Of a DNA stretch of 64,000 bases, positions 42,185-54,882 are shown piece by piece (positions within the stretch are counted from its first letter, which is position 1; every line of letters starts with the position of its first letter). The stretch lies in the NCBI GenBank assembly GCA_028023455.1, contig JAQFVV010000009.1:12896001-12960000 (forward strand), in the 5' to 3' direction. The notes beneath the pieces were generated by a model that made no database searches, had not been told where the DNA came from, and worked only from the letters and a program-made list of their open reading frames with translations. The stretch comes from Epiperipatus broadwayi (lineage: Eukaryota > Animalia > Onychophora). The position numbers and the translations under genes were made by a program.

Positions 42185-43170
42185 TTAAACTACAGACATT
42201 GAAGTACCCTTTTCACTATCAGGAATTTCTAAGAGAAATGCATTCTCTTCCACTTTTCTTTTTATTCAGAACAGTCCTTCATATACATTTAGCAACTTTT
42301 TAAACCTATACTTCTGTGGATCACTAACTTGAGGATTGTTCACACACAGAAAATCTTCTACTTTAAATACACAAGGCTTATGAGAGGCTTGGACAATTCT
42401 TTTCTGCCCCATTTCTCTCAAAATTTCATTAGCTTTTAATAGATCACTAGTATAGCTTATCTCTTTTTCAGATATAGTAGGTAATGGAATCTTAATTAAT
42501 ATAGGCTCCCTATACTCAAAGTGCAGATATACTGGGGCAAATTTGATTGACTCATTTTGGGTTATATTAATATAATCAACCATGTCTTTGAACTTATTTA
42601 CCCAGTTATGGTGGTTATTTTCTGGGTATACCCTAAACAATCTACCTAACTCATGCATAATTCTCTCATACAGATTAGATTGTGGGTTCCTAATGGAATA
42701 CAAAATGTTTTGTATTTATTCATTCAATCCAATCTTTTCATTCCTTAGATAGGAATGATGTAGCATGATCTGTAAAAATAGCCTTAGGTTTCCCCTTTTG
42801 TTTTATAAATTGTAACTCTTGCAAACAATTACATTTCTATCACTAATTTTGGTCAATGGATATGCACCCATGAATTTAGAAAAGATATTGAAAGTGATCA
42901 AAATAAACTTAAATTTCCTAAATGGTAGTAGAGGACTATAGAAATCTATGACTAAAAGATCATTGGGATAACTAGGCAAAATTGGTTGTAATGTCCTAGT
43001 GTACAACTTATTAGTGTACTTTGATTTTAAACAGATCTTACAATACATAAGTCTGTTTATTATGGATGCATACAAACCAGGCCACTAGAGTAGTCTGCAC
43101 ACAACATATTCTACTTTTTGGCCTGTAGTGCCCGTAAAGATAATGCACATAATAAATTAGCCCATTCCTA
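42185..43170 (-). pseudogene. pol: Integrase (HHCC finger, DDE core, C-terminal domain), frameshifted
   Basis: HYLYGH...CKIC; DLLVIDFYSPLLP; KPKAIFTDHAT; RNPQSNLYERIMHELGRLFRVY; EGLF*IKRKVEENAFLLE. Confidence 0.9.
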
Positions 43171-43289
43171 ATACTTAATGATATCACTACCCTCCATGAC
43201 TGTTCATTCTCTATCCTAACCATATAATTTAACAAGTTCTCAATCATTCTATATCTTAATATAACTTTACTTTTCATCATCCTCTTAAT

Positions 43290-44200
43290 TGCTACAGATT
43301 CTAAATTTGCATTCAAATATTAAATAATAGTCTTCAATTTGAATCATGCAATTGTAAAACTGATAAATTTTTAAATCATTTTCAACAGAATAAAACTATG
43401 CCCAGACCATACCAACTACTGTCTGTTTGCACATAAAATATTTCTTGGAAATTAGGGTAATACAAGATAACAGTATTTAAGAAATTTGATTTATTCTTTC
43501 AAATTCTATAGAGTGGTTTTCAGTCCATTGCCATTTGCCATCTTTCCTTAACAATTTTGATATGTAAGTGGTGTCATAAACAAAGTTCTCATAAAATCTA
43601 TGGTAGATGCAGTTTTATACCATCAGATATTACAACATGCTTCGAAAAATGTATCTTCTTAACAGCCATTCTACTCTTTTTTCTAATTTATCTTGATATG
43701 TTTTTCTTCACATTCCTTAAAAAATATATCCAGATGATGAAAATTCTCCAGATGTTTTCCAAAGTAATTACAACATCATCTACATATATGGTAATAATGC
43801 TCTTGCCTTCATCGGATAATACATTATTCAAACATCTGAGGAAACCAGCTCCACTGTTTTTAAGTCCAAAAGGCATTCTTTCAAAAACATACATATAGTC
43901 TTTATATTTAAATGCAGAATACTTCTGATTATCATCATGCAAGTATATCTTCCAATAATTAGTTGTTAAGTCAGCAGTAGAAGAGACCTTTTTGTCTTTA
44001 GACCAAATTAATAATTCTTGCACAGTAGAAGGAACATCACCTTCTAGAATCATTAATTGATTCAAGAACCCTAAATGTAAGCAAATACGTATAAATCTAT
44101 CCTTTTTATGGATGACTACCAATGGATTATTATATTTTGAGTGGCATTTTCTAATATTTTTCCATTCAACCATTCAATCGATTTGTTTTTGCATCTTAGA
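43290..44200 (-). pseudogene. pol: Reverse transcriptase and RNase H start, disrupted
   Basis: ORF 43688-44173 contains NNPLVVIHKKDRFIRICL, YVFERMPFGLKNSG and IYVDDVVI. FYVQTDSSWYGLGIVLF near 43390-43440 matches the RNase H DAS..GLG motif. Confidence 0.92.
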
Positions 44201-44499
44201 TCTGTATTGGTGAGGGATAGGATATATTTTTACATTGAAATGGACTATAGTCCTTCAAGCATATCATGTCACATACCCTTTTATTACACCAGGTTTTTTA
44301 AAAAAATACATGCTTATATCTACAGAGTAACTCGAAATTTTTTTCTTTAAAATTGTTATTCAATTTAATAGATCCATACACTTTTATTTGTAAATCTAAC
44401 TCTGTAGAATTATTTTGCAAGGCTAATAAATTGAAATTTTGAATGAGCACCTCCCTATTACACTTACATCTTTCCCCCTTTAAAATTAATTCTTGACTA

Positions 44500-44790
44500 A
44501 AATAATCAATAACCCAGAAGTTAGATTCTATCATAACCTCATAAATAAGTCCTTACATGATCAAAAATATTTGTTCTACACTAACAAAATTAATCTTAAC
44601 ACCTTAATCATAACTGTTGAACAAACAGTTTTGCCTTATGACCATTAGCCATGCTAACTTGAGTTTGCCTCAATGATAGCACAGGAATTTCAAATCGATT
44701 TTAGTAAGTTTAACATACAATCTTTCTGATATAATCAATATTTGGCTTCCTAAATCCAGCAAAGCCTTTACTAACATACTCTAAATAATG
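44500..44790 (-). pseudogene. pol: Aspartic protease relic
   Basis: VKALLDLGSQILIISERLY around 44742-44770 matches the retroviral-type LLDSGS motif with one substitution. Confidence 0.75.
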
Positions 44791-44999
44791 ATATTAATTT
44801 CTGGACAAATCTACATAACTCTCTATTTCTCTATCATATTCATCATCTTCCATTTCAAAATTCAATGAAATTAAATATTTTATAATTATTGTTGTTCCCC
44901 AAATTTATGATGCTGCTGCAGTAAGAAATGTTTCAACAAGGCCCGTTTTAATTTAAAGGATTAGTTTTAGGCCTAGGCCCCATGCATTTTCGCAGGTGT

Positions 45000-46830
45000 A
45001 TTCTGTGATATGGTGACAGGATAACTTCCTGTTGCACAGATACTCTTTTCTAATTTATCACAACTCACGGTTATCCCTTCTGTTATTTACATAGGGTAAA
45101 ATTTTGTTATTCTTATCATTCATGTAAGATCTATTCACACTATTATCTCTATTTCTTTTATTCCTACAATATGCGTGATTACTCATTATATTTATAACTA
45201 TTTTCGACAGGTACTTCACTTGCCTCAAATGCTCCAAATATTTTGAATATGATACAACTTTGACAGTATGTCAGTTAGCCACAATTAATGTTTGTTCGAT
45301 ATTCCTCAGAAAGTTTCTCCTATCTAAATTATTGGGTTTTCTGATAATGGAAGCAGTCAGCATTTTTAATTTAGCCAACTGCATTTGGAAAAATTGAGTC
45401 TATTTGCCTTTATTAGGACTATACTTGCCCTGGATAATTTGATATTTCAGGGTTATCCTGCTTGTCTTCTCCCCCAAAACTATTCAACAGGACTATTTAT
45501 AATCTCCATATGTTTCTGGCTTATTAAACAATGATTTCCACCAATGTTTTGTTGATGAACTTAGGTGGCTATAGAGAATTTTTAAATCTCACTTAAATGA
45601 CTTAATGAAAACAATTCATCTAAAGCACTTAAATATTCTATGAGGTTTTCATCATACTCCATCTTAAAAATCTTTAACGGTATAAATCTGTCTATGTTAT
45701 TATTCTTTTTAAATTTCTTCTCGATTCTGCATCTGTTTACTATTTTTCTCACCATACAATAATAATATATCATTATCAACTTTATTTCAGAATTTATCCC
45801 TTGAATATACATGTTTATATGGCCTACCTATATAGCATCATCAATAAGTTTGATAGGGGTATTCTTCATTCCTAATATCCATCTTCTAACATTATAGATA
45901 TTTTATCATTTATACTTTGTGCTTCCTTCTCAAAACATTTATACATTTCTTGGTTTAGTAGTTTATTATTATCTTCCATCTTACTGCAAATCTTGTTTTG
46001 CTTTTTATTATGGCTCTCTGTCTCTCAAATTGTCTAACTCTCCTGGCCTTACTTGATCAATACTGTTAAATTTTTCTTGTAAGTCTTTTAAATTACCCTG
46101 TGACTTTTTATTTTTTTTTTGCAATTTCTTAATTTCATTATTAGCCTTAATTTGTTTCTTACAGAACTCTTTATATTCTATTTTTATATGATTCTATATA
46201 TCTTTTAATTCTATTTTGATATAATTTACTTCTAATTTTGATGCTTCTTGATAATTTTTGTATGCTTTCTAAATTTTTATATACCTTTTCTCCAACTCTT
46301 TATATCCAACTTTGCATGTCTTAATTTCACTATTTAAATTTTCAAATCTAACTTCTAACCTTTTCTGCATCTTTCTAACTGATCTCTTAATTCATTAAAC
46401 CTGCTGTCACGTTTATCATTGAATTCCCTTAATTTAATGTTCCGATTATATCTGAATTCTTCAAACTATGCATTCATATTACTTAATTCAATTTTAAATG
46501 TCTAATTTATTATTGAAATGCCCTGACTCTACTTTTAATTTTCTGAAATCTCTTAATTCTTTACTTTAAATATCAATATTATTATTTATATCTTCTCTTA
46601 ATTCTTTACATTCTCTACTTCACATTTATTATTCATTTCTTTACTTTGATTACTCATATCTTCTCTTAATTCTTCTAATTTACTACTTTGGATATTAAAC
46701 TTATTATTTATATCTCTTAATTCTTTACTTTAAATCTCAAACTTATTACTTATATCTTCCATCATTTTTCTCAACATTTCTTGAATACCTTCAGGTTCTG
46801 CCAATGTTTCAGTTACTATTGGCTTCCATA
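45000..46830 (-). pseudogene. gag: gag relic with N-terminal coiled-coil repeats
   Basis: E/K/L-rich repeats (EELREDMSNQSKEM, KELRDINNKF) are followed by a capsid-like region, located between the PBS and the protease. Confidence 0.7.
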
Positions 46831-47155
46831 ATTACTTATTTTTAGAGCAAAATAATATTCTATCTTTAACCAAACAAATTATAAAAATACCTTAAATTGT
46901 TTTTCTATTTGATATAAAATATTTGTCCATTCAACCTTCCAGTTACCAAAAAAAAAAAACTTGTAAAAGAAATAACATTTTTTTTTTTTAAACATTCAAA
47001 ATATTTCTTCAACTATTACTCAAACAAATTCTTTTAAAAATTTTATATAAATTACAAGTACCTATAAAATATTGCTACTATATACAAGATATAATTTTAT
47101 ATTTCGTATATATGAGACTCTAACCTCTATGACTTTGGTCTTAATTAAGGCCCTT

Positions 47156-47169
47156 AGTTGGTTGCACTA
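47156..47169 (-). promoter_or_regulatory. Degenerate primer-binding site
   Basis: The minus strand reads TAGTGCAACCAACT two bases after the LTR. It can be derived by transitions from TGGCGCAGCC, a tRNA-Ser-type PBS of gypsy-lineage elements. Confidence 0.5.
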
Positions 47170-47171
47170 TT

Positions 47172-47454
47172 TGTAATGGAATGATAATAATGAACTGATT
47201 GACCTATGAATGACAAGCTAATCACTTAATTCAACTTTTTATAAAAGGCACAAGTATGGATGCCATTTATAACAAAATAAAATATTGATCATACTCTTTG
47301 CTATAATCCCACAGACTTGAATTTTATTTGTAATATATTTCAATGCTTCTAGACCAATACATTTACTATTAAAATCAATCAAGAATTTTTTAATTATTTT
47401 TATAATTAACATTCCATCACAAATTGAAATTTACTTCAAATTTCAGTAGGTACA
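47172..47454 (-). repeat. 5' LTR of the gypsy element (283 bp)
   Basis: TGTAATGGAATGATAATAAT...CAGTAGGTACA, followed by ATAT. Confidence 0.8.
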
Positions 47455-48043
47455 ATATATTTCAAAAAGGTTATAGGATTTCTATAAAATATGGTGAAAG
47501 ATTATTATTTTATATGCATTGTACAGATTGCCCCCCCCCCCCTCTATTATATAAAAATGTTAGGATTTAGATATTATATATTTCTTATAAGCTTATATAT
47601 ATAATGTTAAATACAATCATTTTAAAATAACAAATATTACATACTCCCCTTCAATATTTGACAATATGATAACAAGAAAGTAATTATTGTATTGTCAAAT
47701 ATTGAAGTGGAAGTATGTATTATTTACTATAACAGCATTTTCTACTTAAAGATCATTGTAATTAATATTATATATATATATTCACATGAATTGTGATTTA
47801 CTTTATTATATGTATTACAAATATAATTAAAATTTTTAAATTAGCCAATGAAAGATTTCAGATTTTCTGCTTTATAAATAATACTACATTCAACAACTGT
47901 CACTGATCAGCACATGCCTAGAATATGCTGTAATGTGAATCTATCTGTTTTGACTGTCATGACAACATGGATGAAAAAAATTCCAATTATGAATGAAGAA
48001 ATAGTAATGATAAGAAAGAGGAGGATGTTATGTATAATGCTAG

Positions 48044-48137
48044 TTCACTATAAACTCATCAACATTCCTTTAACACTTTAAGCAAATAATTTAACAGTTT
48101 TAAAGTGTTAAAGGAGTGTTGATGAGTTTATAGTGAA
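48044..48137. repeat. Foldback: 38-bp arms (37/38 complementary), 18-bp spacer, flanked by a 14-bp direct repeat
   Basis: Arms at 48044-48081 and 48100-48137. TATAATGCTAGTTC occurs at 48033-48046 and 48139-48152. Confidence 0.9.
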
Positions 48138-50784
48138 ATATAATGCTAGTTCTTGGTATATACCACCACCATTCCTCTTCATCAGAAAATCAGATATTAC
48201 AATTAATATAGAGATGCTAAAAAAATACTTTTAATTGATTTTTGATGACATATTAATTCAAAAGATTTTTATGGAAACAAATAATTACACATATCATTTT
48301 TTTACAAATATATATAAAGATAAAAAAAAAAAGATTAGATGTAAAAACAGCTCTATAGAAGATTTGAGACTGTTTGCAAAACATCATCAAAATATCACAC
48401 CAGCATTGAATTTTGAAATATCATAATTTCTGATCTAATCACAGATATCAAGTATGCCTTGTTCATAAAATTTCTTCATTTTTCTGATAATAAAAATTTC
48501 ATTGAAAATAATTATATAAATTCAAGTTATGAAGTATTTGAAAGAATGCTTTAGATTTTATATATTTTAAGCAAGACTATATTAGTTTGGATGAAAATCT
48601 GATGCTCTTCAAATGCCTTAGCTAATATTGCTAAGAAGAAAACCCATTTTGTGAAAAATAAAACTTTTTTTTCTCACTTCCAAACATATTTTCTAGCAGT
48701 CACACCCAAATAAAACAGCACATATATAACTATATTCTAGTAGATAAGAACATCGATCTACAAATCAAATCCTAATACTATATGTGGCACTCCCAATCAA
48801 TATCAAATAACTTTTATGGCTGCAACAAAGGAAGTGATTATTTTTACCATTATTCACATTTTCCATGCATTTCCATATATTGTTATAGATAGCAGCCGAA
48901 ATGAAGAGAAAAATAATTTCAAAATGCAAAAGAAAAAAGATTTTAGTAATAATTTTACATTGCATTAGGAATATTAAATGTTTTTTTTTTTTTAAAATAT
49001 AACTTGTAAATTACCATTATTTTGTATAAATCTGTAATATTTATATAATTTTTTAAACATATGATTTAATACTGGTAAATTGTGTTATTGCACCACCTAA
49101 CTCATTTCATTTATAACATGTCCTTACATTATCATCTCAACCCTTATTATGAGTTAATAAGCTTTCTAACTCTGAGTTTAAGAACCAAAAAACATGGTCT
49201 TTCTTCTCTGTTGCCTGTTAATTCTTAAGTGAAATATCAGTATATCTGAATTCTAACATTTTATGGTAAGTTAAATATCGCATCTTTCAAGACCTATAAA
49301 ACAAAGATAATCTTTTTATTGGATTTAAAAAAACAAAAACAAAAAATATATTATATAACTTAATTATCAGGATGAATAAAAAAATGTCAATAAAAAATAG
49401 ATAATAACTATGTTTACATATCTCCTCTTCCAAAGTGTAAAAAGAATGTCAGAGAAGCTCCAAGGAAAATAAAATAATAATTAAAAATACCATCTACATA
49501 AAATTCCACAAATTAATATCTGAGTACTATACACAAATTATATATAACATTATTTAGAAGAATGCAATGCAAGTTTGCATTTTTTGTTTCAGCACATAGG
49601 AATATTATTCAGATATTAGTTTACGAAATTTTATATAGGTAGTACCTTTAATTAATTAGATATTAGATTATCACAGGACTCTCTCTGGCATCACTTTTAC
49701 ACTTTGGAAAAGAACCCACATAAACATAGTTATTATCCATTTTTTATTGGCATTTTTTTAACTCATCATAACAAGTAAGTTATATAATAATTATTTATGA
49801 TTTTTTAAAAAAATATTTCAATAAAAAGAAGCTTCTCTTTATATTATAGATTATGAAAAAAAAACTGACTTTCTTTATGGTAGATTTTGAAAGATATGAT
49901 ATTTTATTTACCAAAAAATGTTAGAATTCAAACGTTTTACTCTTATATCTATTATATTTTTAATATATTTTAGAAATATGAATATACATATGATTCAAAA
50001 CTTTTGATTTACATAAATATTTATAATAATATATTTCAATAAATAATAAAGAAAGACATTTTTTAACAATAGATTTTAAAAACACATTGTCTTTCTTACA
50101 AATATATATATTTGAAATTATATCTTTGGGATATATATTTATAATATTTTTAAAAATACATTTTTTTTTCTTTCTTTGAAATATATATATAATGATGTAA
50201 AATAAAAATGCATAATTTCAATCATTTATTTTGAAAAATCTTAAACAAAGAAAAGATTAAAAGTGTATTTTATATTATGCTTTTGAAATATTATAATTAT
50301 ATAAAGAAAAATATGAAATATTTTATACCATAATATTAAAAACTTTTTTATTTCCAAAGATATTTTAAATAATAAATATGCTAAAATCACATTTTTTTCT
50401 CCCAGTAAATGCATTATTAAACTGAAGTCCACATATGTAAAAAAATAAAATATTAAAAATCAGAAGCTGAACGTTAAATTCAATATAGTATGATAAATTA
50501 TCTGTAGAAAAAATAATTAATTTCTTTTTATTTAAACGTAACCAAATGAATTAAATGTGATATATTATAACCAATTTTAATTTCTATATATAAATGTTTT
50601 GGACATTTAACCAAGAAAAGATAAAATCATTTTTATTATTATTATAATTTACTAAGCATGCTTTCAACATAGATGGTCAGAATCATAGCGCTTGTATTTT
50701 GCCTCAGGAAGCAACAAATTTAAATAAAGTACACATTGTGTAAATGATCTATTTAGATATTCCATTTCTTTAATAAGGAAACAC

Positions 50785-50935
50785 ATGAGTCTTTTTTATT
50801 TATAGCAGGGAGGTTATTAGCAATGAACCATGCTTCCTTGCATTTATGCTTCCTATCATCCTGCTTAGAGCAAACTACTTTTACTCTCACAAGGTCAAAT
50901 GTGCGGCCACATTCTCGCTTATGTTCTAAAAATAC
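50785..50935 (-). mobile_element. Penelope-like GIY-YIG C-terminal fragment
   Basis: FLEHKRECGRTFDLVRVKVVCSKQDDRKHKCKEAWFIANNLPAINKKD matches the EH....H.FD....R...EA..I.....IN pattern. Confidence 0.55.
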
Positions 50936-51652
50936 TGATTTACATAAAAAAAAATTTGTGTGGGTATGCAGATATTTGTGCTGTTATTTGCATTTAGACT
51001 TCATCATTGAAAAGTAGGTAATATCCATTTTTAAAACAAAGAAACATTTCATAGTTTTTAAAAACACTAAGAATTAATTTTCATATTTTCAATAAATTGG
51101 TACCTCTCACAAATGTGACGATTCTATCAAGTCAATGGATGAACATTATTGCTTTTACCTCCATCATTCTATCCATTTTTTATAATCATATACTTTTAAA
51201 ATTAAGCAAAAAAAAAATTACAAGAAGGAACTTAGGTTTGCTTCTATTAAAGCCACGATAGGAGAGAGATTGTTTAATCTGCTTATTTCTATTTATAAAT
51301 GTTTCCAATTGACATCAGGGTAACTATAGCAACACCCTTTATTAAGTCTTTGGTCAATTTTAACCAGTGTCTTTCAAATAAAGAATAACAGCAAACAAAA
51401 AAATATTTTAGAATTATTACATAAATAAACATTGATGTTTCATAATACAAATACCATTCTTTTATTGTAACACAAATGAAACAACTGGTAATACATTCTC
51501 ACCATATCACACTGGAAATAATTTTCACATATATATATCTTTCCAGTATAATATTATACAAATAAAATAATTAATACATTTGAGATATTAAACATTTAGT
51601 GGTATTGCTTGTGTGTGATTTACTAATGTGAATGTAGTAACAAAAAACATAT

Positions 51653-51922
51653 AATAACGAAAGAATAATAATTTTATCCAAACTATAAGCTTTATTATTC
51701 ACATATTGGTTTTTTAAAATCAATTCATAACCTTATACAATACAATTAATAATAAACAATTTTATATCAATATTATCATTGTCATAACAACACAGTTCAA
51801 TGCTTCATAGATTAATATATTCACCAACAAAATCAAACAAAAATGAGAATTTTTTAATTTTTTTTTATATATAACTGACATTTTACCACATATGAAACTT
51901 ATCTCAAATTTCAGTAGATACA
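51653..51922. mobile_element. Diverged solo LTR of the 40.8-47.5 kb gypsy family
   Basis: Shares TTCAATGCTTC.TAGA, AAAATCAA...GAATTTTTTAATT and CAAATTTCAGTAG.TACA with 47172-47454. Flanked by ATAT on both sides. The left boundary is less certain. Confidence 0.65.
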
Positions 51923-51930
51923 ATATATAT

Positions 51931-53274
51931 TGTACTGTCCATCAATATCTTACAGTTTATATGATTTACGTTCTTTATAATTGGTGACCAAATTATGTTC
52001 ACATTGATAATTCCTTCATTAAAATATGTCAGAAAATTTTATTGAACTCAATTATTTTTCCTGGACACACATTCTTAATTAACTAAACTTGAATAACAGC
52101 TGAGGACAGAACCAGCTTTTAATTTATTTAAAAGGCACCAAAATTCTATACAAGAACCCACTGGCCTACCCCCTATCTTTAATAATTACTATTATAAAAT
52201 TATTTGCTACTCTGAAGGATTATACTTTTTAATACGGCATCGACAATTTATTTGGTAAAGTAATAATTGTTTAATTTAAATAATTTTATCCTATTAACAA
52301 CAAAATTTAAATAGACAACAACTCAAGTTATATTCCTATGATTTATTAAATTATAATTTGATTATTTTAAAAATTAAATAGAGAATAACAGTATAAAAAC
52401 AAATAAATTCAAATGGCTATTAAGCACTACAGTTTTTAAGTTTCAGATTCTTTTTTTTTATAGACTGATGTAACATAGCATTTGCTATACTTATAGTTCA
52501 AAAAAGTGATCCTTTTAAGTTACGAAATAAAGTCTCTTACCGGTAAGTTGAATTGTTCAATTTATAACACTGTGTAGAATACCATGCATGGTTGTTTTTG
52601 TTCTCCTGGAAGAAATCCATTAAACTCTCTTATCGCAGCTTATAGGTAGTCCGGGGTTCAAATATTTAGAAAGGCAATGACTTCACTCTCGGCATTCTAA
52701 GACTTCAGGAAGAAAGAAACATCAGCAAATGAACTTTCTCTACTCATAATAATATGACGATTCAATATGCTGGTGGGAGTAGCTTGGCACAATTTTTATG
52801 ACTTTGTAGAAAAATCAATTTTATAGTAAACTGTGTTTTTTTTTTTTAGAAGATGAAGATCTAAACCTCAAGACCCATGATTGCTTTTTTATACTGCCTC
52901 CCTGATTTTAGTTAGCTGCACACATCCTATTGACATCTTTTAACTTTGACAAAGTAATTTTGTTCACAAAATCATCTTTTTCTTGGTGGCCATCTTTGAT
53001 GATGGTGATGAAATGCTGTGACTTTAGCTTTCAAGTGTAAATTAATTTGCGATAAAAATTTATATCCTTATCTTAACAAAGTCAACCCTGCTTATTCTCT
53101 TTTTTTAAATTTCTTTAACTTAATATATATATATGCATATCCTACATTGTCTAAAAAAAAAATACAATCAGATGAGATTAAAAAAAAAATAATAATATAA
53201 AAAAATAATATTTTGTTTTTGGTAATTTATGATTCTAAACTGCCAATGCAAACTTGTACCAAAAATAAAGTACA
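51931..53274 (-). repeat. 3' LTR (1344 bp)
   Basis: Colinear with 54883-56218, roughly 85% identical by eye. TATA-like GTATAAAAAAGC on the minus strand near 52890. Confidence 0.85.
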
Positions 53275-53539
53275 ATAACTCCACCATCAGGGATACAAAT
53301 AATATAGGATGTTTTTTAACCTTTGACTTTTAACTTCTCAGTTTATTCCCCCTCCTCTTTTTTTATTTATCTATCTGCTGATTGTTCTATATAGTATGTG
53401 ACTATGAAGCTCATATTTTAGGAGTGTAACAAGGTGCATCAAACAAGGAGTATTTCCTTGTTCATTATATGCATACAATATTCATATAAATATATGGTCA
53501 GGAGCGCAAGTCTGACCACATTGGAGTGTGTTGCTCATC

Positions 53540-54640
53540 CATCACTATTCAATTTTGTTTATCATTAAAGCATGCCCATGGCCTGCAGGGTTTAAGTCCA
53601 TCCAATTTATGGCCTACTGCTATCTCTTTTGATATGCTGAAGATAGAGCTATTTATTCAAGCTGCTTGCACAGTCTTTCCACTTTACATCATGGCCTTTC
53701 CTCCTGTATTTATCTTGATTTCTAAATTTTCCCCCTGGGATAGAAATCTTGCACATATTCCTTTCCCTTTGTTTTTAGCAGGGACCCCTTATCCTTTTTA
53801 TTTTATTTTATGCACTATCTCTAAACATCATAGTATTAAGTTGGAGTTCACCCTTTCACTTGGTATTTTGTCCCCACATTTTACCATTTGTTCATCCCCA
53901 TCTTTATCGCTGTCGAATGCACTTAGCATTTCCACCATCGTTTGATGGTTGTGCACCTTGTGCTGATTAACAGGTCTCCCACTGTGCCAGGAAAATTTCT
54001 ACAGATGATTTGTTTTCCATCATTTGACACACCGTCAGTACCTTTGGCTGCACCACCTGTTTCCTAAAGATGGGTACATATCATTCTTCTTTCATGAATT
54101 TTTCCTGTGCTACCCTAATTTTGACTGCCACCTTGGTCCTTGTTCCAGTTAAGTTTTCATTAATGCTTGACTGTATTGCGTAAAATCCTCAAGTTTTTTG
54201 AATAAGGATTCCCACCATACCTGTGCCTCATCCTGTAAATGACTCATAGTGACTGTCAATTTGACATCTTTGGACATCGTGTTTATTGCAAAAATCCTTT
54301 TTTGAGCTATTTATGTGGTCCATTGGTAATTCTCCAATCTTGTCCATAATTATATTTTTATTTTTAAAAATGAGTTAACTATGCTTGGCGCATTTTCTTT
54401 ACTTTCTTCATCTCTGGACCCTCTTGCTTGTCTGCTTCTATACTCTGTGCTTTCTTTATTATCTTCTTGTCTAAAACTTTTCTTAATTCTTCTCTCATTT
54501 CTTTAAATTCTGCCCTAACTTCTTCCTTGAACTCACTTATTTCTTTTTTAATTTCTTCTTTAAATTCCGCCAACAGCTCTTTGGTTTTCTTCCATGGTCT
54601 TACTATTTTTTCTATTTCTTAATTCCATACATTTCTAGTT
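53540..54640 (-). pseudogene. gag: gag (coiled coil plus Retrotrans_gag-like domain) and protease relic
   Basis: ORF 54379-54573 (EFKEEIKKEISEFKEEVRAEFKEMREELRK). SKDVKLTVTMSHLQDEAQVWWESLFKKLEDF fits the gag L.G.A..WW motif. GKTVQAA*INSSIFSISKEI is protease-like. Confidence 0.7.
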
Positions 54641-54882
54641 CTATCTTGCTTAGTTTTTACTTTCTTATTACTTATATTTCATTAACACATTTACAGATGT
54701 CCGTACCCCTGTTGTTGCTTTACCTTCCGAGCTATTTTATTTTGCTACTCTTTTTCCTCTATTACAGAAGCAATTTTTTTTTATCAAAATGTTTATGTTT
54801 AAAATTTTGTTCTTTTATAATCCCTACTCTTATCTCATGTTTTGGATTGCTATTATGGCTCATTGGCACCCATATTGGATAT

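Larger units (their letters stand above)
40784..47454 (-). mobile_element. Full-length but degenerate Ty3/gypsy LTR retrotransposon (6.67 kb)
   Basis: Two homologous LTRs, ATAT TSD (40780-40783 and 47455-47458), PBS-like and PPT-like sites, and domain order gag-PR-RT-RH-INT on the minus strand. Confidence 0.92.

Noticed and set aside
47412-47421. ATTCCATCACA as the LTR end, since it is inverted to TGTAATGGAAT
   Set aside because: Homology with the solo LTR continues 33 bp further to GGTACA, where the ATAT TSD matches. The earlier end gives no TSD.
49230-49272. Possible 36-nt micro-exon (AG...ATG|GTAAGT)
   Set aside because: Splice-like motifs arise by chance in AT-rich DNA, and there are no neighbouring exons or transcript evidence.
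51931-53274. Minus-strand translations of the 1.34-kb repeat vaguely resembling a pogo/DDE_1 transposase C-terminus
   Set aside because: Matches needed many frame changes and stops. TG...CA ends, TSD, PPT and a TATA-like box explain the repeat as an LTR.
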